Source of the DNA: Eledone cirrhosa
Taxonomy: Eukaryota
DNA length: 64,000 nt
Assembly: GCA_964016885.1 (NCBI GenBank)
Contig: OZ024740.1
Span: forward strand, 156,550,001 to 156,614,000
Direction: 5' to 3'
Part shown: positions 1 to 14,915 of the stretch, in pieces
Layout: each line of letters starts with the position of its first letter
Numbering within the stretch: position 1 is the stretch's first letter
Made by a program: the position numbers and the translations under genes
The notes under the pieces: model-generated
What the model was told of the DNA's origin: nothing
The model's database searches: none
Seen by the model: only the letters and a program-made list of their open reading frames with translations

Positions 1-1781
1 GCTGCAATGCACAACAGCAACATCTGCTCAAGGGTCAAGGTGAACGGCTACCTCTCGGAGCCGTTCCATATCACGTGATCCATTCGACCGGGATGCCCTT
101 CCTTCTGTACGTACTGACTCTCGAGCCACTACTGCGGAAGTTGGAGCTATTGCAGGGCCTCCCTCTGGAACCGGGACTGCGGAAAGCGGCGTCGGCCTAC
201 GCCGATGACGTAACAGTGATGGTGTCGAGCACCTCGCAAATCGAGGAAGTCGGCACCTTACTGAAGGAATACGAAAGGTTCACAGGAGCGAAGCCGAACC
301 GGGACAAGCCCGTCGGTTTGCAACTCGGATTGTGGAGAGGCAGACCGATGTCTTCCGATGGCGTCGTCGGACGCTGGACGTACGGACCGGTAAAGCTGCT
401 CGAGGTCTGGTTTGGTCCGGACCTCCAGGTGGAGAAGAACTGGAACGAGGTGACGGCCAAGGTGTTTGCACTCACCCAGAAGTGGGCCGAGCGCAAACTA
501 TCATTGAAAGGTCGAGCGGAGGTGGCGAACACTTTTATAGCGTCCGCCATCTACTACCGCTTGACCGCTGTGCCTTGTCCAGCCAAAACGCTCACCAAAA
601 TGGAGCGCCCGCTCTTCCAATTCCTTTGAAAGAGGCGGGCTCCTTTGGTGAGAATATCCATCTGGTGCCAACACCCTTCCAACGGAGGCCTGGGGATACC
701 GTGGCTGACGAATGCAAAAAGACGCGCTCAGGCTGCGGCATCTCTACGTATTCCTCACCGGACAACCGGTGTGGGCCCCGTCTCGATGACCGAGCTGTCC
801 TGAGTCAAAGACCGAGAAAAATGGACGACTGGCACATCGAATGTGCTCAGGCGCTCACAGCCCTCTGGCAGGCGGACCCGGCGATCAGTGGAGAGTCCAC
901 TTCGTCATTCTATAGAGGGTTGATCCGCAGCAAGTGCGACGACGCGCTCGGTAAAACTCTAGGCGTAGTGGAAGACGAACTGGCCAGTCTGTTCGGTAGG
1001 ACCTTCCGCCCGGGACCGATGGACAACTTCCAAAAGTCCCTGGCCTGGCAGTGCTACCGAGGAGCTCTACCAGTTCGAGACAAGCTCTACAGACATGGGC
1101 GCCCGGGAAGGGACCCTTCGAAAAATATCTGTCCGTGGTGCGTGTGAGACGAAGAAACCGTCGCGCACGCATTCATACACTGCCCGGGCTTTACCGACCT
1201 GTGGGACTATGTAGAATGACTATTGTCGCGGATGGGACCAATCAGGTTGACCACCGAGTCCATTGTCATGATCAAACCGCCACCCTCCTTCAAAAACGAA
1301 GGAGAGACGGTTTTCCTTTGTGTGATAGCTATGGCGAAAGAGGTTGTATGGTGGACAAGTTTGAAAGAGCTGAGGTCACACACCTTTCTCTCCGGCCAAC
1401 AACTGATTCTTTTTTTCAAATACCACTTTGGAAGAAGAATCAGGATGGAGAGAGAGGTAGTGTTACCCAGCAAGTTTTATGAAAGGTGGGTGAAAGTGGC
1501 GACAATGGCCCGAGTGGATGGGCCTTCTCTCTATATCAGCCTGTAGGTTGAGGAAAAAGAGGAGGAGAGGAAAGGGGTACAAACTCTTCGTACTCCTGGA
1601 GATGAGGGTTGCACATTTTTTCGGGGGTATGTGTTACCCATATGTAATGTCTCCCCCTATTGGGGAAAATCGACTAATTTTTAAATTGAATTTGTGATAA
1701 TATTTTACACGTTTTTATTGTATGTAAAGTTCCCCCTTTGTATTTGTCCCCTTCTTTTGTGCCCCTGTGGCTATAAAGAAA
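1..1781 (+). mobile_element. Tx1/L1-clade non-LTR retrotransposon, 3' part of ORF2 (RT C-terminus + zinc-binding region) and 3' UTR; frameshifted
   Basis: SAYADDVTV RT motif in ORF 75-629; RKLSLKGRAEVAN and CPWC...HAFIHC motifs; clearly homologous to the minus-strand copy at 21492-22720; ends at a (TA)n tract. Confidence 0.9.
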
Positions 1782-1791
1782 CATATCTATA

Positions 1792-1824
<33 letters not shown>

Positions 1825-2479
1825 GCACACACACATATATGTATATATTGGAATTTCGTATTTCTAAAGAAATACGATATGTTTATAGATAAACATATAG
1901 AAAGCCGTAGCTATGCAAAGCACTGGGGCTATCGCCATCTGGTGGTGTCCAGCAGAAGCAAGGGGGACAATCGTCGATCATTTCGAACCAAACTGGTTAC
2001 CATCAGGACGGTCCCACTCTTGCTACTACTGGATTTGAAAAGAATATATAGTTTTCTCGTCTGTGTAAATGAGGTGATTAATCTCATTTGCATATGAAGC
2101 GGTATAAGTTGGCTCAACTTATAATAGAATAGAATTAAGATTTAGCTTCATGAATAGCTGTATACAGATATATATTGGAATATAGTATACGGTATGTTTA
2201 TAGATAAACATTTTGATGTTAATCTATAAACACACCATATTTCTTTATATCTGAATACAGCTATGCATGAAGCTAAATCCGGAATTATTAGTAGACATGT
2301 CATATATATTCTCGTAAGCATTGTGTAAATTCCATGCGATTTCATATTGATGGTTCCATGTGTAATAACATGTTATTCGTTTCTTTAAAAGGGCATTTTC
2401 TATGGGTGTATTGTGGTTCAGTAGATATATTTGAGTTATGGGAACAGTTTGATCTATTTAGGGAACCGTTCTATGTCAA

Positions 2480-5135
2480 GGTGGAAAGTGCAGAAATATG
2501 ATGGGGACATTGAGAAACGAAAAATGTATATAAATACAAACACAGTCACGTACATATATATACAACAAAAACCGGAAAAAGAAGGAGGAAACATACCCAA
2601 AACACGTAGATCTTAAAATAATTAATTTATCCAAAAGAGATCTTGACAAAAGGAAGAAATATCTATTTTCACTCCGCCAAAAGGAAGAAATATCTATCTC
2701 GACCAATACATTGATATCCTGTCTAAATTTCCTCTTAGACGTAATACTAATGTTAGGCCAAATATTAACAAATCGGAAATGTCTGCTCTTAAACGTATAC
2801 AAAATGATAAAACAATAATAATTAAACAAGCAGATAAAGGGGTACAATTGTTATAATGGATGCTGAATACTACAAATATTTGGTTGAGGAACAACTGAAA
2901 GACACAACATTCTACCATGAAATACCGTCAAATATAGACCACAACATCATGAAGAAGATCAACAACCTGGCTTCAAAATACTACAACTCACTTATTGTTA
3001 ATGAAAGAGACTACATCACCAATTTTGAGCCAAAACCCAGCAACTTTTATGGTTTTCCGAAAATTCTTAAGTCGAAAGAAATCCAACTGGCAGTAAAAGA
3101 ACAAAAAAGTGAGTACATTAAATTACTACACCCAAAAGACTTAAAACTTAGACCTATTATAGCTGGTCCTACTCACCGTCTAAGCAATTTTGTTGACATT
3201 ATTTTGAAACCACTATGTATTCACATACCCAGTTTCATTCGAGATGATATCGACTTCCTTTCTCATCTTCCCAAAACCACGGAAACGATTTCACTTCTAC
3301 TTAGTTTTGATGTGGTAAGCCTTTACACCAACATTACACATGATTTAGGAATAAATGCGGATAAATACTGGGTGGAAAAACATAGAAAAGTGATTCCCAC
3401 CAGATTCAGTGCCATTTATATTAGACGCAGTCAGACTTATTATGAAAAACAACACATTCTTCTTCAATGGAAAGAATTACATCCAAATTAGAGGCACAGC
3501 GATGGGAACGAAATTTTCTTCCGTTTACGAGAACTCTGTAATGGGATACTTAGAACAACAACTATACCAAGAAATAGAGGAAAATTATAGCACTGAAGTT
3601 TAGAAAGTACATTGAAAAGTCTTGGAAGAGATACCTTGACGACTGTTTCATCATCTGGACAGAATCTCTAGATACTCTGGATGAGTTCAATATCCTCCTG
3701 AATAACCTACCCCCATCTCTCCAATTCACAAAAGAGATGAGTAGTACCAAATTACGATTCCTAGATATAATGGTAATCAAAAACGACACCACAATTACCA
3801 AGGATATATACTATAAACACACAGACTGAATTTTAAGTCGTGCCATCCGCCTCATACAAAACGCAACATCCCATACTGCCTAGCGTAGAAGATACGAATA
3901 CCAGAAACAAACGTCTAACAGAACTGAGAGAATTTTTGCTCAAACAAAAATACCCATTTCTACTTATAGAAAATGGCATACAGCGGACTATAAAAATACC
4001 TATACAACAAATTTGGACAACCCTAGGAAGAAGAAACCAAGAACTAGTCATACCATTTATAATGACACACAACCCATGTCACCAGAATATCTTAAACACT
4101 GCCAAAGCAAACCTACCGATCATTGCTCAAAGTAATGAATTGAAAGGTTTAATCACAGGCCGAGCTTTGATTCTTAGTAAAAGACAGCCAAAAAAGTTTG
4201 ACCTTAACAACAAAGACCAATCATTCACTGTATCTAAATGCAATGTTAGTCGATGTGGCACATGTCTGTTCATACATACTGGTCAATATATGAACACAAA
4301 AACTGGAAAAATATTCCCAAATGCAAATATGAACTGCAAAAGCAGAAATCTAATTTACGGCATTAAATGCCCGAATAATGAAGAACTATATGTCGGTCAA
4401 ACTGGAAATGCACTTTCGGAACGTGCACGGGTACACCGATAGCAAATCAGAGACCCAAATGTCCGTCAGATACCACTGAGTAACCATCTAGCATGATGTG
4501 GTCAGAAAATATTTATAATATTTACATTCTACAAACTACACAGCCCAAGTGAAATCAAGAGAAAAATTAAAGAAAAGAATTTTATTGATAAATTCCAACC
4601 CAAGCTAAATGAACAATAATAATGCTTAGGAGTATTACTTCTACTATGACTACGCCTACGACCATTTCGACTAACACCACTAACAACAACAACAACAATA
4701 ATAATAATAAAAGTGATGTTGGTGGTGATGATTACTGAAGGTTTTTCATAAAAACCATAGAAAACGCTATTTTCATCATTTCTAACAATAGCAAAACAAT
4801 TGATGCTTTGGATAGGGTCAAATAGAAGTCGTTAGACATGCTCAACCAACCGTGATGCCTAAACCAATCAGCTTTAGTAATCTAGTGAAACCACACACCG
4901 ATTGGTCGAAATACAGTTTGCAAAACCTAGCATTCTGTAGCCCCTTTTTAGCCATCTTATTACAGTTGAAAATTGCAAACTTGACTGTCACTACTGAATA
5001 TGAACCTGAAGATTGCGAAAGCATGAAAGTACTTGTTCAATTAACACTTAACATTTAATATTCTACCATACTATTTCCTTAGAATATCATTATAATTTTA
5101 AAGGATTGTAAATAAAACGAGTAAATCAGACAATT
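2480..5135 (+). mobile_element. Penelope-like element (Neptune-type linker), degraded RT + GIY-YIG endonuclease + 3' terminal repeat
   Basis: IKQADKG, LRPIIAG, SFDVVSLYTNI, GTAMGT and RYLDD RT motifs; CxxxxCxxC linker (KCNVSRCGTC); NLIYGIKC...YVGQTG GIY-YIG; 3' region repeated at 40451-40925. Confidence 0.9.
5001..5039 (+). ncRNA. Minimal type I hammerhead ribozyme in the PLE terminal repeat
   Basis: tgaac-CTGAAGA-ttgcgaaagcat-GAAA-gtactt-gttca: stem I tgaac/gttca, stem II tgc/gca, palindromic stem III AAGTACTT. Confidence 0.75.
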
Positions 5136-5464
5136 CCTTTTATTAATATAATCTTCTATACACAAACATACACACCCGTGTATATTTATATAGTCTTTTA
5201 TTTTTTTTCTAGCTTCATTTATTATACTGTGTCCATGCTAAAGAACTGCCTTGATTTCGTGCTACTTATGTGGTTGAGTGTGTATGTATACGTGTGTATT
5301 TTAATAACATTAAGCCCCCACCCCATCCACCCATATTAACATTACTATATTATAGTACCATTTCTACTATATAACTTTGTCACGGAATGTATATAGAAAG
5401 TGCATTGGGGTATTTAGTAGTGTGTCAAATCACAAGAACCTTAGACAGGTAATACTTTCTTTAA

Positions 5465-5687
5465 CCCTTTAGCATTTACATTACTCTATATTTACTATAT
5501 TATTTTCACGGTAAAAGGCTTTACCTCACATAATTAGCTCACATAATATTGAATCTATGAGATTTTAATATTATTTATTTTGAGAACACATACTTTAACA
5601 TCAGTATAAATGGCCAGTTACAGCTGGTTTGAACAGGAAGAGGTAAGAGAATTCTGGCCGAATACTGCTGGTTTAAATGCTAAAGGG
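5465..5687. mobile_element. piggyBac-like MITE
   Basis: TIR ccctttagcattta / taaatgctaaaggg; TTAA on the left, GTAA on the right. Confidence 0.7.
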
Positions 5688-5694
5688 GTAAAAT

Positions 5695-6010
5695 GTGTGC
5701 AGTGCCTAGCTAATCTTGCATAGTATTCCTAACCACTTTATGAAGTCTTGGAATTTCAATGGGAATGACTCTAATGTTCCCTATCACAACCTATACTACT
5801 TTCACATTACTCTCTTGCATTCCAAACAGTCTTGCCATCTCTACTTTCAATTCGCAGTACTTGGTGATTCTTTTCAACATCTTTGCTCACAATATCTATG
5901 TTATTTGGTATTGTTACACCTATGATCAGATAGTATTTGTCTTTATTGGGGAAGAATATTAATCATGGGAGGATGCAAATCTGGGAAGGAATGGTGTACA
6001 TTGTGTATAT
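5695..6010 (-). mobile_element. Degenerate C-terminal restriction-like endonuclease region of an R4/Dong-type LINE
   Basis: Manual minus-strand translation KITKYCELKVEMARLFGM..VKVV*VVIGNIRVIP..LGTAH resembles the EK..KY..L..E..R / VVIG.LG motif. Confidence 0.55.
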
Positions 6011-6407
6011 GTCGAACAAAGTATCAATATACCCTGCTTTAAAGGCGATCAAAAATTAACAGCTCAGTGCTGTTTCAGACTTAATTCAGCTTGTTGCTAT
6101 AACATTACTGAATTTGAAAAGCTTGCTCATGTTAAAATGGCGCGGGAGTGTCATTTGATAAATGTGGTTAATTCAAGTTGTGAAAAAGTGAAGATCAGCC
6201 GAGAAGGTCAATATCACTATGGTACAAATCTGGAATTAGTAGTAACTGTCAAAAATATATTATAGGAAAATACCGGAAAATAAGCTTCATATAAAGGTTT
6301 GTCTTTTTCCGAAAATTTCACGGTTGCTGACAGTTGTAGACTAGTTTAGATGATGAAAATACATTTAACAATATTTCATTGTAATTCTGGATCCGTATCC
6401 TCAGCTA

Positions 6408-6574
6408 CCGCATATCCTGGCGCCGAAGACGCTTCGTCCTCGAGGACGCACCCTAATTTTGACAACCAAAAATTTGAAAAAAATAATAAACAACCTTTGG
6501 CCTCCAGGACACATAGTAGATTTTTTAGACTTATTTTAGGAAAAAAGTAGCGTCTTCTACGTCGGGAAATATGG
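6408..6574. mobile_element. Tc1/mariner (pogo-like) MITE
   Basis: Imperfect TIRs ccgcatatcctggcgccgaagacgc / gcgtcttctacgtcgggaaatatgg, TA on both sides. Confidence 0.65.
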
Positions 6575-8419
6575 TAATTGGATCATCCTTCACCTGACCG
6601 TCTGGCGCTCTTTACTCTGTGAATAAAGTGTTGGACGGCGTTAACTAAAGCTAGCGGAAATGGAGTCGTTGATAGCCCTGTGTCTAACTGACCTGGCTGG
6701 ATCAGCTGATACAGTTATGATGTTCTAAATCTTAATCGTGATATTGTATTTATTGGTTCCCCCTTTAATTGGCGTAGTACCCGTCGTAGTTTGGAGTTAT
6801 GTAGGATGTGTTTATTCAGAGTCAATAGGAATGGTTATCAGGAATGCCCTTTTTATATAGTGCATTATTGTTTAGGTTTGTGCTTTCCATACACGAACCT
6901 ACAGTAGAACGTGCTGTGGTAACTCTTTTCTTTCAAAGTTTTAAAATGAAAAACAAACGAAATTATTCAGAATGTAAATAGATATTAGTGTACTATACAG
7001 ATCGATGGGCTAATGGACATGCAAAATGATGGCACCAAAACACAAATCCATGCTTCAAAACAATACTTCCCGTAGCTGAGTCTCCATGCTGTTACCTAGT
7101 ATAATAAATTATCTAAAAAGACTCAGCACGGTCTGTTGACTTTCGCAACAATATATTTTGTTAAATGTATCTTTAGTGTATTCATAAATATGTTGACTAA
7201 AAAACTAGAATATCTTGACACATGTGGATGTGGTTACTTTCGAACAAAACCAGCGGTTTTCTAAATTAGTTTCTCTGCACACAGAACAAATTAGGCATTA
7301 AATCCTATCGAAATTTTGCATTGCAAGGAATTTGATATCACTCGCTTTTTTTCTTACACTTAACAAAGTGCTTTTGGCCTTTCCAACAACATATTTGGGC
7401 ATTAACTCAAATAGAAGATTTATCATTCATTGAAATCCAAATTTTCTTTTCATCTGGTTGCAAGTAACAAAAAAATATTTTGATAATTAACATTCTAAAC
7501 GTAAAATTGTGAAAATGACTACATGACAATTAAAACTGTGAGGGGGGAATTGAGGAAACCTGGGATCACGAGGAAGGGGACGTGACATTGATCTCCGAGA
7601 ACCACTAATCTTGAAATATATTATTTACTCTTTTCCTTTGTTTAAGTGTAATATGTGATTGTTTTGTCTGATATTTCTAACATCACAATTTATTATGTAA
7701 AGGCTCCCGCAGCTGCCTCATATTTTATTTCATAATTTTCCGTATGATTCGTAATTTTCAGAATTTCATAAACACGCTAAACACTTTAATCCCATGTTTA
7801 GGCAATTAATTAAAAATACTCATTCTTCCATGTAATTTGCTATCCATCATATTATGCAATTAATTATCTCTTTATTATCGTTTCAGAATCATGTCAGTTT
7901 TCTTCTATGCGAAGTATCTAGATTATCTCTTAGCCTGGAGAAAATGATGATGCGAGTGCATAATTTGAGAGATAGATAGGCAAATAGATAGAGATAAAGT
8001 GAGCAGAATCGATCCCAATATTTCTCATAGATACAGCATGACCGATTTGGAGATATATTTAGATAGAGAGCGAGAGAAAGGGAAGAATTGATCCCGAATT
8101 TTAATGGTATTTGATTTATCAAGATAACCTCGACAGGATCTGAAACATCGACTGGAAGGAATCATTTGCATATAGCGTAAGCTTGACTGTTATATTTAAT
8201 TGTCGGTAGCACTAAGAGCGTGTTTAAGTATAATAGAGGTGTATATGAAAATATATAAATGTATATAATACACTTATATACAATATACATATGGGTAGCC
8301 ACGCTGCTGAAGAAAAAAAAAACTTTTTTCCGTTACGAAAGTTAAAGAAAAAAAAAAAAAATAATAATAATTTTTCTCTATTTTCCTTGGTGAATATACT
8401 CTGAGTTGTCAGAACGTTC

Positions 8420-8850
8420 TGAGAATGTCAGACAGCTGTTTCATATACACCTCTATCATGCTTAAACGCTGTCTTAGTGATTCAGCTCTCTTAGTGTCAC
8501 CCCCAAATTTCCATTTAAAATCATCATACCTGATAAAAAAAATCTGTCTTGACAGTGCCATCATCAAACCAGTAATGTTCTTGCGATAAACCCAATGCAG
8601 TTCAACATGTGTGTCGAAAAATTCAACAAATGTCTTCTCTCCGTGCCTGTACGCTGTTGTTTTGGTTCCTTGGGATAATTCACTAAATTCGCTGAGCATT
8701 GTTGCAGCCATTTTTAATTAATCCTTGTAGTTTGATTGTATGAGTGTCGTGATGTTTCTCGTACAGTCCTTGAATGCATATTCCCCACACATGTAGCAAA
8801 CGTGTTCTGGGTAATTGCGACATACATGTCTTGAAGGCATGCAAATTGAA
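8420..8850 (-). mobile_element. DNA transposase remnant, probably CMC/Chapaev3-like
   Basis: SRHVCRNYPEHVCYMCGEY N-terminal Cys motif, then GTKTTAYRHGEKTFVEFF...VYRKNITGLM in another frame. Confidence 0.5.
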
Positions 8851-11800
8851 GCAAATTGAATTGGAGAAACAAAATAAAAAATAGTAGTCCACAGTGTACA
8901 GGGCAATTACCAATTTGATGCAAATCGCAATAACACATTTAATTCAAGGTGTTATAAAAATAGACATGATCTAATATGTATTATATCTACTTTTACAGTT
9001 CTCTCATTAAAGGTTGTCACAAAAAGAACAATGAAATGTATTCTTAAAAGACAAATAGAAACGTATTGCATTCTACATTTCATTTCAGAAAATAGGGTAT
9101 ATAGTGGGTATCTTGTTAAAACAAAATTTAGATATGATGGAGCAGCCTAAATTTAATTAAAATCACCCTAACTATATTTTCTAATAAAATATTGTTTTTG
9201 TCATACAATGTTATATGCATTTCATTGCCGTCATATGTCATCGGAACCTCTATAAGGTTAATCAAACTTCTAAAAACAGTAGACAAACCTTGGCTATCGT
9301 CTTAAAATAATTGCTGGCGCACCTCTCATCATATGTACTCCTAATCATAGTTTACTTGGAACTTATGCGGTTCATACCAGTTTTATCAAAATCTGGTTTT
9401 GTTTTCTTTTCTTTGTAACAAATAAGAAAATAGATTTTCTTTAATCCCATATAATTTCCAGTCGAAAGCTTTTCTCTTCCTCAAAAGCTATTGTATATAT
9501 GTAATTAACGTTTCTTTGATAGCGGTTTTATATCTCCAGAACTGTACGGATTCACCATCAATATAAAGGCTTATATTATTAGTATATATTTCTATAAACA
9601 ATTTCACGTATTAGATATTGCTATTAAATTCAATATCAATATAAAGTGTATTTTGTCTTGTAAGCATATGTGCGTGTGTGTTTTTCTTTTTCGAAACTGT
9701 ATATAACATGCCGGAAGGACTGGTTCAGCTGGTTTATATACTTTACTGTCTTTTAAGATTGCGAGAATATTGTTCACAACAAACGTTCGGACATGCATGG
9801 GGAAAAAAATCGATTTTGAGGTTGATAGTATAAAAATGATCAAGTGTCATCTAAAGTAGTGGACCAATATCTGGGTGTCGCGATTTCCTACGGCATATCG
9901 GAAGATAACTTCAGTGTTATTTCATAGCAGTTGCTTTGTTTTCCAGTTTGGTGGTATAGTTCTAGTAAGTGGTTATTATGTATTGTTAAGGGTATTCTTT
10001 AATAATATTTAAATAGTTTCTTCCGCGAACAAAGTAAACTTTTTCAGATCAACATATGTCATTGCTTTGGTTTACATATACAAATATAACTGAAGCGTTT
10101 ATTGAATACATATGAAGTATTTAAGATTTCATCATCATCATCAGTTTCTTAATAATATTTCGGTATTTCGTTATAATGTGTGTGTGCGTGTTATTCTTAA
10201 GATATCCGTCTACGATGATTGATGTTCTATGTATATTTACAAATCCATATATTTCTTTAAGTTTGTATTCTCCTTCAAAGGAATCTAGTATTTGTTCTAT
10301 TAAATAAATCTTAGTTCCTCTATTTACATGTTTAGTTGGCCAAAGGAAAATTATTTAATATAATATGACAGGCGACATTTCATCGATTATTTTAATCAAA
10401 TACATCTTTAGAATATATCTACATCAAATAATTTATAGATAAAAATGTGAGTGTGTGTGTGCGCGTTTACTGGTAATTAAAAGAAAGACAATCCACTCTT
10501 TCACAAAAATATGGCACGATCGTTGACGTTAAAAGATATATCATTACTATCATATTCCTTAATTATCTTTCTAGTGTTTGTGTTTGTTCGTATGTAAAAT
10601 AAGTTATATTTGTAACTGGCTATGATGGAAAACCATTGACTGTAAAATAAACTTCTAATGTATTTATATTCATAAATTGTAAAGTAAGTTATATGTAAGT
10701 TAGAAGAGTCGTTAGAACGTCGGATAAACTGCCTTGCAGCATCTATTCCGAATCGTTGCACCCTTTTTTTCGAATCCTGCTGAGATTAACTTTGACTCTT
10801 ATCGTTTCTGGGTTGAAAAATAAAGTATCAACACAGTAGTAGGGTCGATTCCGCTTCTCCCATGTTCTTCCCTTATGTATGTATCTTCTTTCCGCAAGAA
10901 CTCTGATGTGTTCAGACTTGGAGAGGGATGGATTCCGACATTACAATCAACAATACCACCATCTCCATTATCATTAGGATGAATGCTGTCATCACTAACG
11001 TCACACTACTACGGCCAACCACCACCACCAATATCGACAACATTGGAATAAACACTACCATCACACTACTGCCAACCATCCCCACAATCAGCAACACAGC
11101 CACCATCACCACGTCCACCACCACATCTACCACACCAGTATCACCACCATTAGAATGATCTCTACCATCACTATACTCACACTAACAATGATACTACCCA
11201 GAATCAGCAAGGAAGCCTCATACGTGGGGGAAAGACCAAGTAGAAATAGTTGCAAAATCTTCCTCAAAGTACACCATACCTTCTTAAACAAACGGAAAAT
11301 ACATGTTGAATAATGTGACCCTGGTTAATATATCCACGAAAATTGGATAGTAATGTAATCGATAATAGGTTTGCTAAGAGAGCAACAACAATAACAACAA
11401 TAAACGAATCACCATCACCACTAACATTGTATCAAGAACATCACTATTACCAACACCATCACTTTCATTAAAACCAAGTTGGTAGGGTTTTGTGAAGCAT
11501 GACATTTTTAAAGGCTGTAAGGTGTTATTCGGGAAGATTTAGCTAATATTTCTAGCAGACTACCTAACCACATAAGATGCTCATTTGTTGGCCGACATTC
11601 TTGATGTTACGCGGCTGTGTTCTTCACTAGTGTAAAAGAATGAGATATATCATTTAGAGGTTGTTTATAAAGAGTATTTTCACCTGATATCTTTCAAGGT
11701 TGCCCTGGTAGGCTGATAGAGTTCGTACTTATATCTTTCTCATGATTTATTTCTATCTTATAGTTTGTATTTCTTTCTTTCGAGATAGACATACACAGAC

Positions 11801-11972
11801 ATATATATTTTCTACTTTTCCTGATATTCTCTTATACTTTCTGCTTTTTTATGATGATCATGATAATCATTATTACCCCCACCACCCCCACCACCACCAC
11901 TTCACCAGCATCTTTTCTTTATTTCCTTCATGTCTTATTGTTTTCCTCCATCTTTTTCTGCTTTTCTTCTAC

Positions 11973-12111
11973 CTCCTTCTCCACTACTACTACTACTGCT
12001 GCTACTACTACCACCACCAGCTCCACCACTACTACTAGTAGTAGTAGTACTACCGCCACCACCACCACCGCCACCGCCGCCACCACCACCACCGCCACCG
12101 CCGCCACCACA

Positions 12112-12154
<43 letters not shown>

Positions 12155-12155
12155 T

Positions 12156-12204
<49 letters not shown>
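11973..12204. repeat. Compound (ACT)n/(ACC)n microsatellite
   Basis: Seen directly; explains the poly-T/P/L ORFs. Confidence 0.95.
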
Positions 12205-12206
<2 letters not shown>

Positions 12207-13652
12207 CGTTTCTTTATCTCAAACTACTTCATCTTCCACGCTATTTTGCACCTTTTAAATAATCTTCCTAATTTTGGTAGCTGTACTATTTTTCAGTTCG
12301 CAAGTCATTTGATCTGAAAATAATATCGAAACTGAAACAATTACATTGTGGAAGACTCATCACGCATTATCGTCAATTAAAACACGCACACTTAACCGCA
12401 GATATAGCTGTGCAGATATAGCTGTGTTCGCTTCGCAACCACAGGGTTTCCGGTTTACGTTGTTTGACCAATGATTTATAGGTGAAATTATATAAACATA
12501 TAAGTGTGGGTTTGCATTTACGTTGTTGTTTTGTTCTATAAACACAAGTAGCATTCGGTACAAGAAGTATCTAACTCTAAGAAATATATGTATTGGTGGC
12601 TTATCCAATTAAACCATTCAAGGTTGTACCCCAGAATAATCCAATTATTGAAATTAGTAAAAGTATAAGTGAATATAAAGATATTTTTAATTTTGTTCTA
12701 CTTTCTGATAGGGTTATCTACGTTTAGAATAATTTAATAGTATTTATTTACAAACAGAAAGAAAGGAGAAAGAAAAAAGAGAAAGGGTAGGAAACAGAAT
12801 TAAACAGGGAGAAATGGGGGTGGTGCAAATTCTATACTCTTGGCTACTCTCAGCTGCAACCTACGGATAAGGTGGCCAAAACATTTTGGCGAAGAAGAGC
12901 CAGTGATAAACGTTGATCTGCTATTCCACCTAATGAGGCTCCTTTCTCTGGTGAGATCTTCTCCTTCCAATTTAGTAAAAGAAAATGGCAGTTAGAGAAC
13001 CAAGGACACCGGAGGTCTCGATCGCAGCCGATACAAAAAGGAAACTGTCAGTCAAAGCCCAGCATCTATTTATATTCCGCGCCTCTGCGTTAGGGTTGGT
13101 GGGGCCCAGGTTCGAAGCTAAAGTGATAAGACTGGTCCCGAAGAACGTTTCAGATCATGAGTGATTACTTACAACTACGTGAAACCCGTTAAAGTGTCAG
13201 GTGGTTGTGTTGACCCGAACGAGAACCAAAACGGGATTGAACTCAGAACGCAAAGACCTAGATCAAACGTTTTATAATTTTTGTCCGACGTTCTAACAAT
13301 TCTGCCAATCCACTGACTTTCCCTATGATTAAGACTTACAAATAAAGAACGAATAAAACCTCAGAATATTTGATTGTACATTTAAATGACCCTACGAATT
13401 CAGGAAGCATTTGTTTGAGTTGCTGTTCAAACCCAGGTGAGATATTGCTAAGCAGATCTATGCTCAAAAGAATAACATCTATAATAAACCAAACATTTTC
13501 TTGGCAATTGTGAATCTAGAAATACATTATCCAATGTGTCCCTCATTTTTAAAACAGGGTAGGAGGAATTTGAGGATAATTTGCCTGCTATTTCTATTGG
13601 CATACTTTATCTTTAATTTCTATTTTTTATATTTTGTTCCTTCCAGCCTCCT

Positions 13653-13739
<87 letters not shown>

Positions 13740-14497
13740 TGAGAGAGTGCGCGTGTGTGTGTGTGTGTGCGTGTGAATGCAAAAGGAAACGAGAAAGAAG
13801 GATCGACCTCAGTATTGAACTAGTACTATAATTATCAACCCCGAAACAATGACAGGCAAAGTTGAACCCGGCGTGATTTGAACTCAGTTAAGTGGAACAA
13901 ATACGAAAAAAAAAAAAAGCAGTCCATCGGGACGCTGCAACGATTCTGCTAATTCACTGCCAATTTTTTTCTTTTGCTCAAAGTCAATAAAATATATCAC
14001 TGCCAGTACGTGAACTGATCCAATCAACTATAATCCTATCTTTATAGTTTGTTGACATCGCCGAGGTTTGAAATAATTATTTAATGCAGTTGACTTTATA
14101 AAACTGTTAACAATTATGATAGTTGTAAAAAGAAAATTACGAGTGCACCAAACTTACGAGTGCACCAAACTTTAATGAATTTCAATTGATTTATCAAAGA
14201 AGAAAGTTCACTTAGGTTCATTGCTTATGATATTTGACAGCGCAGCTAGTGCTGACGCCAGCCAATGTAAGTACTTAAGAAAGTTGTATAAGTGGAAACG
14301 GATAGAATTGGTGCAATCGAATGAATGAACATCCTGATTTCAAATTATATTTAATTGTATTCGTTTAAAGAAAATGAAACGATTAATCATCTCACCAGCA
14401 TTTCAATACAAAACAATAGTTAAACAATAACGCATCTCACCAAACTTTGGAACATCTGAATCAGCCTTCTGGAACCTTAATGTTATAATAATAATAA

Positions 14498-14915
14498 TGG
14501 TTTCTGCTTTAGGCACAAGGCCAACAATTTTTGGGAAAGGGAAAGTCGATTAAATCGACCACAGTGCATTACTGGTGTTTTATTTTACCGATCCCGTAAG
14601 GATGAAAGGCAAAGCTAATCTCGACGGGATTTGAACTTAGAACGTATAGGGCCGTAACTCTATGCTGCGAAGCATGTTGTCCGACGCTCTACCGATACTG
14701 CCTTTAATATTAGTTTCTGATTTAGGCACATGGCCAACAATTTTGGAGGAGGGTAAAGTCGATTAAATCGACCTCAGTGCTTACTGGTACTTTATTTTAT
14801 CGACCCTGTAAGGACGAATGGCAAAGTTAATCTCGGCGGGATTTGAACTCAGAATATAAAGGGCCTTAACTCAATGCCCTAAAGACTGTTGTCCGATGCT
14901 CTACACTATTGCCTT
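14498..14915 (-). mobile_element. Two tandem tRNA-derived SINEs
   Basis: Reverse complement of the A box (ggcagtatcgg) and B box (gagttcaaatcc), plus the gcctttcatccttacggggtcgataaaataaagtaccagt core; about 14 copies in the window. Confidence 0.85.

Noticed and set aside
4845-4925. Second hammerhead or SECIS-like hairpin in the PLE 3' region
   Set aside because: A stem (accaatc/gattggt) exists but the core motifs are incomplete and poorly kept in the 40620 copy
7251-7607. hAT MITE (cagcggtttt...gagaaccact)
   Set aside because: TIRs too degenerate and no convincing TSD
11742-12262. Poly-T/P/L ORFs, and the many YIYI, CVCV and THTH ORFs elsewhere
   Set aside because: Translations of microsatellites
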